Assembly (NCBI RefSeq): GCF_964355755.1
Contig: NC_092671.1
Span: forward strand, 5,580,001 to 5,644,000
Origin: Antedon mediterranea
Taxonomy: Eukaryota > Animalia > Echinodermata
DNA: 64,000 nucleotides
Direction: 5' to 3'
Positions within the stretch are counted from its first letter, which is position 1. The number at the start of each line of letters is the position of its first letter. Both the position numbers and the translations under genes were made by a program. The notes under the pieces were generated by a model. The model did not search any database. It worked only from the letters and a program-made list of their open reading frames with translations, and was not told the DNA's origin. Shown here piece by piece: positions 13,301 to 24,300 of the stretch.

Positions 13301-16300
13301 TAAATTGCATACTAGCCACCCAATAGCATAAAATATAAACACACAATAATTAGGCCATTCATAGCCAGGTCTGTGGACATTTATAGCAGCAACAACAACA
13401 GGCATCCAACAAGAACAATAAATGTATATGGTAACACATTGACCTTGCTTATAAAGCTGTCTACACTATCAAACTTTATGTGACAAAAAAATGTGATGTG
13501 CCAATATAAGAACATGATGATGTCATATCACTACCATATTTGGTCATATCACTACCATATTTGGGCACATCACACTTTTGTAGACAGAGCTTAAGACAAT
13601 CTATTGTATCTTCTACTTCCTAAGTACTTACACATTCTCTGGCCCACTTTTCTTTCTCACTGGTCGCAACTCCTTTCAGTGCTTGGCGTAACTTGTCTTT
13701 TTCTTGCTTCTCACGGTTTATTAATTTCAGTTTCTCATCAAGCTACAAAATATAAACATAATTGTTTTTCTATTTTTCTTGTTGAGCTTCAAAAAACAGT
13801 TATATTGCATTTGTTGAAAATTAGGAGTTGTGTTTGAAATAAGGAATAACATTGATGTTGCAACAAATTGCTGCACATATTTCTAATCCTAATTAACATA
13901 AATATTCATTGTTGAGACCTAATTTTAAAGATTAGAAAGGTTTGGTAAGGCAAATACATAAAACTTCTTTTAAAAATTCCATATAAACATACTTCAGATT
14001 GGAGACCCCTCCTGTCTTCCTCGTAAAGCTGATGTGTACGGTGTAACATTCCATTTTGTGCATTTTTCTCTTTCAATCTATTTTGAAATTTGACTAACTC
14101 TTTGTTCTGTGACTCGTTTTGACTTTGAAGCTGTGAATTTTTGTCTCGTAGTGTTTGACACTCGCTTTCCAAATCCAACAGCTGTGTTCGGAAGTTGCCC
14201 ACTGAAATTGTAAAAACAAATCATTAGTAGGGGCAACAAAAATATGTAGGAAAAATAGAAGAAATTTGTGGTCACTTCATCCACACAAAATGATGTAATT
14301 AATAAAACTAAATATAATCAATCAATATGCAAATTAGATTTTTATTATGATTGTTGTGCTTGCTTTTTTTGTGTATATAACCACAACCATAATAAATTTC
14401 CCCGGAGGGTGGGATAATAAAGTTTTATTGAATTGAATATTAAAAATAGGGTATAGTGTTCTTGGTCTTTGCTTAAGCTCTGTCTACACTATCAAACTTG
14501 ATGTGACAAAAACATGTGATGTGCCGATATATGGACATGATGATGTCATATCACTACCATATATGGCTACATCACACCTTTTTTGTCAAACTACTTTGAT
14601 AGTGTAGACAGAACTTAATACTCACTTAAGCTACCCCAATTTTGATTTTCAATAACAGAAGAATGTAATAGAACTTGACTTACTTAATCTTGATAATTCC
14701 TTGTTTAATGTGTTTCTTCGTTTTTCTCTCTCCATGAGGAACTCAATTAACCTCTGAATGGAATTATCATTTGGATCATTGATCTATAGAAACAATTGGA
14801 AAAGAAATAATATTAAAAATAGAATCTCTTACTAAATTATAACAAATATAGTCCAATGCTAAATCTACTTATTCTATTTATTTCATATGCATCCAACAGC
14901 GAGGCTTAGGGAGTGCAATTGAATGAGTCGTGAGTTACAACCTTGGCACTAGGTTACGATTGAACCCTTGACCTTGGGATTGGAAGGCAAGCATGTTAAC
15001 CACCAAGGTACAGGTCCACTAAATCAAAAGCAGTAATATAGTAAGTAGTAGAGTAATATAGGCTTATTGTAAAATAATCAACAATTAACTTACTTCAAAG
15101 AATGGATAAGGAGGTCCAAGAGATATCAATAGAGGTGGAACAGCTACATCATCTTCTTCTGAACCTTCTTCAATCATCCGTCTATAGATCTGGTGAGCTA
15201 CATGATAAATTGATTGTTATTTTCAGTAAGTAAGTGGGAAGTTTTTAATACAGTCAAACTCTCTTAATACCAGACTATCTGAAAACTGGACATTCTGCCA
15301 ATACCAGACTTTTCTTGAAGTCCAAACAGTCCCAAATTCATTGTTACCATTAAAAACACATTCCCAATACCAGACTTTCCGGAAAATCCGACATATTTGG
15401 CCAGCCCACATGTGTTGACTGTATTACTATTTTACAGGTGTACTTAGATATAGAACTTTGCTGTGGTGTTAATTTTTAACGCATTGTTTATTCTCATCAT
15501 TATTAATTACCTCTTCTTCTGCCAGGAGTCAATCCAATATCAAATTTGATGTCCGTTGCTCTGGCAACTTGTACCTCTTGCGTTGCTTCCGAGAATCTCA
15601 TGACATGCTGAAAAATAATTTAAACAAATTGAAAACAAACATTCTACCTTTTTTTTTCTTTGAATAATAATTTACTAAGCAGCGTTCTCGATTGTTATTA
15701 AGACCCCACTACTGAATGTCTTTGTCAAGCGATATCTGTGTTACAATTTTTTACATTTTTCTGGCTGTTTTACTTTTTTTCGTTTTGATTTAGCTTTTTG
15801 CTTATTTTATTTTGTATCTCCACTGAGATCCAGCCACTGATACCCACAGCATTGTCATTGTGTTCGGTGCTTATTTTATTTGTATCTCCATTGATATCCA
15901 GCCACTGATACGCACAGCATTGTCATTGTGTTCGGTGCTTATTTTATTTGTATAGCATTGAGATCCAGCCACTGATACCCACAGCATTGTCATTGTGTTC
16001 GGTGCTTATTTTATTTGTATCTCTATTGAGATCCAGCCACTGATACGCACAGCATTGTCATTTTTCAGTAATTTGCCTTTTGATTTTACATTTTATTAAA
16101 TTTAATTCTCTATACTACATATGTATGTAGTTTTTTTTATATAATACAGTGACACGATAAATTTGCTATACTTACGATGGTCTCATCATAGTCAGGAGCT
16201 TGTGGGTTAACGCATACAATCATTCTAACTTTACCCTCACCATCAAAGTAGTTCTTAAATAAATGTGTCACTTTGGAATCTCTATAAGGAACAATCTGTA

Positions 16301-19300
16301 AAACAACACATTTTCACCAAATTAAAAAAAAAATATATATATAATTTTTTTTTGGGAAAAAATATATAATAATAAAATTTGTTATCAGGGCTGCATGTCT
16401 GGAAACTCATAAGCTAAAATAGAGTGTAAAAACTGATAAAAAATGTTCATTGGATACCAACAAAAAAAGGCGAGAAATATAAATAATACCTTGCTTGATC
16501 CGTTCTTCTGATTCTCGCGTAGCATATCTATACACGTACGCAACGTCATCAGGGACGCGTTGATGTTACCTGCCTCTCGCAGCCTATCTCCAGAATTCTT
16601 TGTGCGGTGTGTTCGTTCGCTCCCAGCAAGATCAACTAAAGACAATTGGCTGATGCAAATCTGATTCTTGTCTTGGTAAACCTCTTCACCGATCGGGTCC
16701 AACGGTGCCTGTACCAACCGGATGTTGAACACACTGTGCGAACGACTGGATTCGGTGTTGAGCTGTGTGTGGGCTACTCTACGTCTTCTTTGTCCTATAA
16801 AACAACAAATGAAAAACTGTTTTAGATGGAAAACTAAAGTGCAGATAAGAGGAAAAGAACAACTACAAAACTTATAGCAGACCAAAACGAGGAGACAGCA
16901 GTACCTTTTACAAAAACAGCATATGCTTCATCTGTGGTTTTAACTTCAACTTCAGTACAGCCAGCTACATACATATTGTGATTAGCATCCTCACGGAGGG
17001 TTTTAGATGGCATAGACCTAAAAGAGAGAATTATTATATACCAATATTGACACTAGAAGCCTAAACGACTAATATTGTATAATAAAATAATATAAACGTT
17101 TTAACAAAATATTTATTATTTGTAACTTGCAAATGAATCAACAAGAAATATGTAACTTTGTTTATATTTCCATATTATTAAAATAAGCTAAAATAACAAA
17201 AATTAGTAACAATTTTTAAACAAACAATAAAACCAGAAGAATAATGAAAGGATAGTTAAACAGATGCTTGTGGTAACACCAATTATATTAGTATAAAACG
17301 AAATATGTCAAGGTACTTTGACTGGAGGATAACTAACTAAAGTAAATATAAATGTGTGTAACAATATGCTATATTTCTTCAAATATTTCAATCAACTTAT
17401 TAAAATGAATAAAAGCAAATTGTATTATCATGCAATGAATGATAAAATTGTATTAAATGGATGTTAAATATTTTCTAATATAATTGTTTAAATTTAATTT
17501 AAAATATAAAAAAAAAGCTTAAGGAATAACTAAGGCACCGCATGCATAACGGTACATACATGACATTTGATGGAAGTCCATACAAAAATCTGAATAAAGA
17601 ACAAACATACAGTATTAAAACAATCTACTGAAACTATAGAATATACGCTATGTAATGGTGACAGCTTACCATACTAAAAGCTTATAATTATTAAGATGTT
17701 GACACTTGAAATGTAACGTTTATGTAAATAACTAACTACTGTAACTTAAACAAAATCTTCATTTGAGCTACCAAACAGTCTTAACATTATCATCACTCGT
17801 AACTATTTAGTGCAGATTACTAAATAGGTAAAAAAATATGCTGCTTTTACTTTGGGGTCATGATGGGGTCAACCGGAAGTTCCTCAAGCAAATCGTAGAT
17901 GTAATTGTTGTAGATTTCAATGTATGATACAAACACAGTGTAGTTGTTATCGTCATCAACGTTGCTTATACTGGTTGTGTCAGGAATTCTGACAACATTT
18001 GCCAAATCATTTTTCCTACTATATTAATACAAAAAAGAAAACGTAATTTAATATTTGTTTGTTATTTCATTAAAATTTTAATTTTTATCAATGAATGAAC
18101 TGCATAAAGTTAAAATTGTCTTATTCAAGTGAATTAATAGAGCTGCAAAAAGAAATGTTTTGGAAGTTTCAGTTCATTAACAGTTATATGTAAAGATTCT
18201 GAATTTTGATCAATTTGTTACCTGCTCTTGGGTGTTGCAGGTGCAGCAGGATTTCTCAATGGTGTCAAAAGGTCACGTTTTTGTCTCTCCATCATTGCAT
18301 CTGCTTCTGTTTGAACATCCATACCATTGCACAAGTCGGGGCGGAATACCTGACAACAAAAAAACACCAAAGCAGAATAAATTGTAAGATTCTGTTTAAA
18401 CAAGTTTAAATAATGTACAAATTTAAATTTTCAAAATGTGTCAAAAAAATGATGTAATATTTACATATTTTTTGGCTTGAAGTTCTCCAATGCTGTTGAA
18501 GAGGACATCCAGAGCTCTAGGCAGAATACCTCCGTCCCCAGGGGTGCCTTGCATTGTATGGGTCTTCCCTGATCCAGTGATTCCATACATGAACAACAAT
18601 CCTAATTAAATAACAGGAAGTTAATACAGTAGTTAATTATTTGATAAGGATTTCAAATGAATAAAGAAAATTACGGGGATAATAAAAGTGTTATGAAACG
18701 ACTTGGAGACAAAATCTCTTAGAAACTTACCATTTCTCCCGTGTATTAAGTCATCTATCAACGGCAATGAAACCCGGTCAAACAGCGCCTTCTGTGAAGT
18801 GTTTGTCGGGAATACAAACTTAAATGTATATTGGTTCTAAAAGTAAAATATACAATACAATATAAAACACATTTTTATTAAGTAAATTAACAAGATATAT
18901 TTTGTATGGGACACTATAGTGAATGATAATTACTGTACCTCCTTTAGGTGACCATTTCGGTAGGCGTGAGAGGTCTCTGGAGGCCTCAATTGAATAGTAG
19001 TACTATTCACTACATCAATGCAAATTTCCGCATCACCATCTGGGGGCCTAAGTCTGCAGTAAACCTGTAAAGTGAATAAACATACACAAAAAAAATTAAG
19101 ATGAATTCTAAACAAAAAAATATGTAACAATTCAAAAATAACATACAAGTTCTTAAAGGCACTATTTCAAATTTTTATTCATCAACGAATCTCATAATTG
19201 GCATCTTAGATGTGAAACAAAATAATGTGTATATTATACTACACAGTAACCTTTGCGTGATTAGGTAACAAAAACAAAGTATACATTACTGTGAGTGTGT

Positions 19301-20607
19301 TTATTTTATAACAATTTTAATTCACTCATACAGAAATCAGTGTGTAGCTTTCCGCTTGTATTGAAATATATCTACGGTACAATGAATATATTAAGCAATT
19401 TTATTAAACAATTAATTGTATTTTATCTTCACCCATACATTCAATAATTTTAATTTTCCCATATTTTTATATTCAGTCAAGTATTGTGTAATTTGGGAGT
19501 TTTTTTCAACTGTAAATTTAATTGCTAGCATGTTGATATAACAGTGTTTACTTATTTGAATTTTTTTATTTAAACTTGATTGAATCATTTTTTATAAATT
19601 CAGTCTATTAAAGACAGTTACTATTATGTAAATGAATTCATTATATTTATATATCAAATGAAGCATGTGACATGACTTGAATGGAAAAAAGAAATGACCC
19701 AGTTAAAAGTAGGTTTGTTATTTTATCCTTTATAAATACTTTTTAAAAAGCATCAATTTTGTTTACAGATTAAGTGGAGCATGTAAATAGAATTTGAAGA
19801 CAAAAATTGACCAGTTAAAAATAAATCAATAAAATGGTCGATTGAATCTTGAGTTTTTTTAATTTGTTTCAAAAAGCTTTTTTAAACTAGGCCTATGCAA
19901 CTAAAATAATAATTAAAAAAAGATTCATCCTTCAATAAATTAAATTAAAGTTTTTTTTATATAAAAAAATATGATCTTTACAGTACGACACAGTAAATCA
20001 TAATTTACTACTTAATTTTGAAATCACATCTCTTTCTTCAAAATATTTATTCTTTTTAATACCAATCATTGATTGCTCTCTTTTTTTATTATTCCTAAAA
20101 CTAATTAGGCCTAGGCCTATAGTAGTAGTGTTATTTTAAAGATTCTACAAACCTCAACCGGATCTTTGTCTTTGTTAACAAGTCGTCTTGGTGGCTTTTT
20201 TGGTGTCTTACCACGTCTGCAACAAAAAGGGAAAAACAATTGAATTAATAAATAGGCCTAGCCTAGGCCTAATACTTAATAGGCCTAGAAAAGAAAGGGA
20301 TTATTATTAGGCCCTAGGCCTAGGGCTTATTTTGTATAAATAATAATATTCATAAGCGTAGCTATGCTATTATTGAATACCATGTAGCCACCGTTAGCTA
20401 GGCCTATTAGTAGCTGAATCAAAAATAGCAAACGTAGCCTGCATGGTAAGTATGGCCTGGCCTGGCCTGGCTAGTAAGTAGGTAAACCAGCCAGGCGCGA
20501 CGCGAAAAAAGGCCAGCGTCGCCAGCTAGCAAGTTTTTTTAGTATCAAAAATTACCATTAAATTATTAACAATTATTTACTATAAAGTGCACTTACGTTG
20601 GCTTCAT
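10307..20607 (-). CDS. KIF23: Kinesin-6 family protein KIF23/MKLP1 (centralspindlin motor), 20 exons, about 852 aa
   Basis: Phase-consistent GT-AG exons: 20597-20607, 20153-20216, 18939-19064, 18731-18836, 18465-18601, 18222-18349, 17851-18018, 16905-17017, 16490-16794, 16176-16295, 15511-15607, 15094-15197, 14684-14783, 13993-14201, 13632-13742, 12988-13255, 11677-11819, 11094-11258, 10659-10726, 10307-10322. Protein starts MKPTRGKTPKK..KDPVEVYCRLRP. It has P-loop GITGSGKT, switch I NTESSRSH, switch [31 protein letters not shown], a coiled coil, the 14-3-3 motif HRRSRSA and the tail [32 protein letters not shown], ending PQKKFKI*. Confidence 0.96.
10403..10547. mobile_element. Harbinger-like MITE, AGCTCTGTCTACACTATCAAAC family (right end damaged)
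   Basis: Left TIR intact, with the internal GTGATGTGCCC..GGTAGTGAT repeats shared by five other copies in the window. Confidence 0.75.
10860..10900 (-). mobile_element. tRNA-derived SINE fragment
   Basis: Minus strand GGTTGTGGGTTTGAGTCCCACCTG resembles a T-arm/B box; no full cloverleaf. Confidence 0.35.
11398..11600 (-). mobile_element. tRNA-derived SINE (head resembles tRNA-Gly TCC)
   Basis: Minus strand GGTGGTTAACATGCCTGCCTTCCAATCC..GGGTTCAGGGC; second diverged copy at 14889-15020. Confidence 0.6.
11914..12845. mobile_element. Kolobok-like MITE interrupted by a Tigger-like element
   Basis: TIRs AGATGTATTGTTCCC / GGGGACAATACATCT, flanked by TTAT and TTAA. Confidence 0.55.
11950..12667. 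mobile_element. Tc1/mariner (pogo/Tigger-like) non-autonomous element, 718 bp
   Basis: 23 bp TIRs CAGTCAACTCCGCCTAAGTCGAA / TTCGACTTAGGCGGAGTCGACTG (one mismatch), TA on both sides, repeated subterminal AAGTCGAA motifs, higher GC than the host intron. Confidence 0.9.
13455..13591. mobile_element. Harbinger-like MITE, AGCTCTGTCTACAC family
   Basis: AGCTGTCTACACTATCAAAC ... GTAGACAGAGCT with TAA-type flanks. Confidence 0.8.
14340..14438 (+). mobile_element. L2/CR1-type LINE 3' end
   Basis: Stem-loop TTTCCCC..GGGATAATAAAG followed by an (ATTGA)n tail, the same tail type as the element at 51053-53174. Confidence 0.5.
14476..14615. mobile_element. Harbinger-like MITE, AGCTCTGTCTACAC family (full length, 140 bp)
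   Basis: TIRs AGCTCTGTCTACACTATCAAA / TTTGATAGTGTAGACAGAACT, flanked by TTA/TAA. Confidence 0.85.
14889..15020 (-). mobile_element. tRNA-derived SINE, second copy
   Basis: Aligns by eye to 11398-11600 (CATCCAACAGCGA..GAGTCGTGAGTTACAAC..GGATTGGAAGGCA.GCATGTTAACCACCAA). Confidence 0.6.
15251..15421. mobile_element. Tigger-like deletion derivative
   Basis: TA-CAGTCAA ... TTGACTG-TA with three internal AATACCAGACT motifs. Confidence 0.6.
15760..16090 (+). repeat. Four ~67-69 bp tandem units of the 2698-3253 family
   Basis: GAGATCCAGCCACTGATAC(C/G)CACAGCATTGTCATT x4, ending CAGTAATTTGCCTTT like the 3.2 kb copy. Confidence 0.8.
17560..17589 (-). CDS. KIF23: Candidate 30 nt alternatively spliced KIF23 micro-exon (FLYGLPSNV)
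   Basis: Minus strand tttgttctttattcag|ATTTTTGTATGGACTTCCATCAAATGTCAT|gtatgt. Phase 2-2 matches the host intron, no stop, and TGCATG lies 13 nt downstream. Confidence 0.6.
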
Positions 20608-20725
20608 ATTTAAGATGGAAGCTGTATAAATCTTACTATATAAAAAATGATTTAGGAACACTTTAGTACCACTAACTACGACTCGGTAAAATGTAAAACT
20701 CAATCTGTTGACTTGCGTGTGCTTT

Positions 20726-20894
20726 TTCAAACTAACCCGCTTGATTTCAGCCAATCAAATTTGAACATTACTTCCGGTAGCAGGATACGAGAGTCTAAAA
20801 CCAGTTAACGACGGTAGAGAGAGACTATCAATTGTTGTATTTATTGTACAAAATGAGGGCAGCATGTTAAATATTTATTTTGTTGTTTGGCAAC
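20726..20894. promoter_or_regulatory. Bidirectional promoter: CDE/CHR, CCAAT, ETS, Myb and RFX X-box-like sites
   Basis: In KIF23 orientation GCGGG-ttag-TTTGAA (20726-20740); CCAAT 20751-20755; second TTTGAA 20760-20765; ACTTCCGG 20770-20777; CAGTTA (TAACTG on minus) 20802-20807; GTTGTTTGGCAAC 20882-20894. Confidence 0.65.
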
Positions 20895-20913
20895 CGGACG
20901 CTTGATTGAGAAC
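20895..20913 (+). other. Probable non-coding first exon of the LRR gene (5' boundary unknown)
   Basis: Donor AAC|GTAAGT at 20914 just after the X-box-like site; acceptor ttttttag at 21375, six nt before the ATG. Confidence 0.5.
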
Positions 20914-21274
20914 GTAAGTACACTTTTATAAGTTTAAACTAATTAAATTATTGAAAAGCTACAGATTTACGTATTCCGTGTTCTCAAGTGAAAATTAGCT
21001 ATAAACCTAGGTGCAAATAGACTAGGAGGGAGTCGTGACCGGCCGATTTTTTCTCGCCGGACGTCCCACCACCGGCGGCCCTTTCTTCTGTGTGTGGGAC
21101 CAGTCATGCATCACTTCTCCCCTCTCTGGACGGTACGCATCTTTGATAAAATTTCAGGCTATATTCATGCTATATTTGAGTGTGTGACGTCCTAGGGCCT
21201 AGGTCGAGACGCTATTTAAAATCTCCTTAATTATTTTAAGTATAGTTAGGAAGGAGGGTGCTTTTAGATATAAC

Positions 21275-21295
21275 CAGGGAGTTGTAAACTCCCTG
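21275..21295. repeat. 21 bp CAGGGAGT..ACTCCCTG scar with imperfect 7 bp TSD
   Basis: Flanks ATATAAC / ATAAAAC. Confidence 0.6.
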
Positions 21296-21381
21296 ATAAA
21301 ACGATATAAATTAGGCTCATCTCAAATCTGTTTATTAAATAAAAAAAAATCTTTTACTTTCAACTGATTTTTTAGATTGCA

Positions 21382-24300
21382 ATGGGATGTGGCGGATCCA
21401 AACAGCAGACAAACGCTATACCTCCACTAAGTTTAAACAATAAAAAATCTCAAGATGATGTATCACTAAGTGCTAGTAATAAGCAGAAAGTAGGCACAAG
21501 AACGGAAGATGAGGAGGATAATAGGAATGTGTGCGAAGAACAGACAATCGTGCAACCTTTTACATCATCAGCTCCTGAAGAAGAAGAGAACGAAATAACT
21601 AGGCATAAAGATGTTGATGATGAAGGATATGAAGATACTACAAATCAATTGCCTACATGTGACACCCAATATGAGGATGTTACAGAGGAGGATAATAGGA
21701 ATGTGTGCGAAGAACAGACAACCGTGCAACCGTTTACATCATCAGCGGATGATGATGATTCAAGAAAAGCAACATCTTTGCAGAAAACAGATATTAAAAA
21801 TGAAAATAAACTTAGCAGTAAGCCTAATGTAACAGAAGAATCAAATGAAGCAGTAACAAAGGAGAGTGAAGGCATTGTTATTAAAGACATTATAAACAAC
21901 GTACATTTAGAATGTGCTACAGGTATTAATGGCAAGGAAGATTCAATAAAAAATGTTGAAGAAGTAGTTGTACTGGAAGAAGAGATTGAAAAGATAGAAA
22001 AAAATAAAACCATGGAAGAGAAAATAAAAGATAATTCTAGCTTCACAGATGGAACCAGTGAACAGAAGAATCAAACCAGAACTGTTGAATCTGAAAGTAA
22101 CCATGGGGTGCATGGAAATAATGACTGTATTAAGGAAGACAGATTGTCTGCTGTATCAAATGAGAATGACATTCCTGGTCATACATCTAGAGAGGAATGC
22201 CAAGAAAGTGAATCAAGCATTGATATTGTGTCATCTGCAGATAATGTTATTGTTGAAAAGAACAATGTGATATCTACTATCAATGATAATAATGGCAGTA
22301 CTGGTGAAGTTGGAGATGGTAGTACTGATGAAATTGGTAATGTCACTGGTGAAGTTAATAATGGCAGTCCTGAGGAAGTCGGTGATGTCACTGGTGAAGT
22401 TGGTAATGGCAGTACTGAAGAAGTTGGTAATGTCACTGGTGAAGTTGGTGATGGCACTACTGAAGAAGTTGATGATGGCAGTACTGGAAAAGTTGGTGAT
22501 TGCAGAACTGAAGACTTCAATAACAATGGTGGACTTGTAAAGCAAGTGAAAACTGATATTGGTAAAGTGATTTAGTATTAAGTAAATATCTTTGAAACGT
22601 TGTCATTTAAATTATTTAACAGATTTGAAAGCCGCTGTGTGTGACACAAATATAGGTACAGTTTCCTTTCTTTTAATTGACAAAAATTGTTGGGTATTTT
22701 TTAGAAAAGACTAAAGAAGACACGAAAGATGACCAACTAAAATTCAACCAATCACTTAGAAGCTATTGTAGGCTTGTGAATCCTGATGCCATGAAAACAG
22801 TAGCAACACATGCAGTTACAGAACTTTATCTTGAGAGAGCCCTTCCAGGAATTGGAGATGTATTCACACATATTCTTGCTAACATTGGCCAATTGACAGT
22901 GAGTAATTTAAATATTGGGAAAGTCTTCCTTGTGATTTTGTAACTCATTAATTCTTATGTATGCCTCCATAAATGTAACTACTACTGTATACACTCTAGT
23001 ACATTATTCTTCTTTATTCCCTTGCTGCCAAAATGCTTTTGAAGGAATCATTGCTACATTCAAATATCTGTAATTGAAAACATACACAAATGAATTAATA
23101 AATTATTCCAGATTTCTCTTCTTTCAGGTGCTGGATCTGTCAGGCAACCATATAGGACCCCAGGCATTCCATGCTGTAGTCTTGGCGTTGAAAACCAATA
23201 AAACATTAAGATCCTTAAATGTCTCAAATAATAAGACAGACACACAGTGTTCGGTAGGCATACAAAATGATGTCTTTACATTTTAAAACTAAGTCTCAAT
23301 GGTCACAAATAACATTGTAAAGTATACAGTAGACCTAGACATATTATTTGTTTTCTTTATTTATAGGAGAGTCTTGGAATTATGTTGGCAAAGAATGATA
23401 CCTTAGAAGAATTAGATGTATCTAGTAACCAGCTTGGTAGAGATTTCTTCTCCAGAAGCGTCGGTCTAGCTATGAATACAAATTCAACTTTAAGAGTATT
23501 AAGGTGATTAATTATATAAACCTGAGCAATGAAATGTCCACCAGTATACTGCTTGATTCATTACAGACTGAAATATGTCAATCCATTTTTCTACAGATGT
23601 GCTAGTTGTGGTTTTGCAGATCTATCCATACTACTCGATAGCTTGTCCGGAAACAGCACAATTTCTGAGTTAGATTTTAGCCATAATCACATTGTCAACG
23701 GAACAGAATTGGGAGAGAAGCTAGCAGTATTACTAGCTGTATGTAAACTGTTTTCATTTTGTTAAATTTCTTTAGTCACCATCATCAAATATCATGCCAG
23801 TTCATTGCAAGATGAAACCTTCAATCTCTTTCACATATACTTTTTCCGTCTTCTTATTTATGTTCTTAGAAATCTTCAAGCCTAAGTGTTCTGAAAGTCA
23901 AAGCTACCAACATAAGTGGCGAGGGAATGCAGAAAGTGCAAAAATCATTAGAAGCAAACACTGTCCTTACAAATCTTCATATTGGTGGTAATCAGGTATC
24001 ACATTTTTTTTAATAATATAGCAAGTCCCAGTTTAAAGGAATCCTATAGGCAATTGTACAATCTCACCAATAGTACTCTTCTTTTTCTAAGTCATATTCA
24101 CTCATTTAATAGTCATTTTTAATGTCTTTGTTTAGATGCTGCACTGTAATGCTATGCTTCAATTCTTGATCACTTGTTTTAATCATGTTGGCTTAAAAAA
24201 CCTCAGTTTGCAAGATACTACTTTTAAAGAAATACATTTGGTATTTGATGGTATGTACAATAAACAATATTCCTTCAATTAATTTTGACAACAATTAAAT

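Noticed and set aside
21611-22545. Overlapping ORFs in other frames and on the minus strand of the large LRR-gene exon
   Set aside because: Shadow frames of a repetitive low-complexity coding exon.
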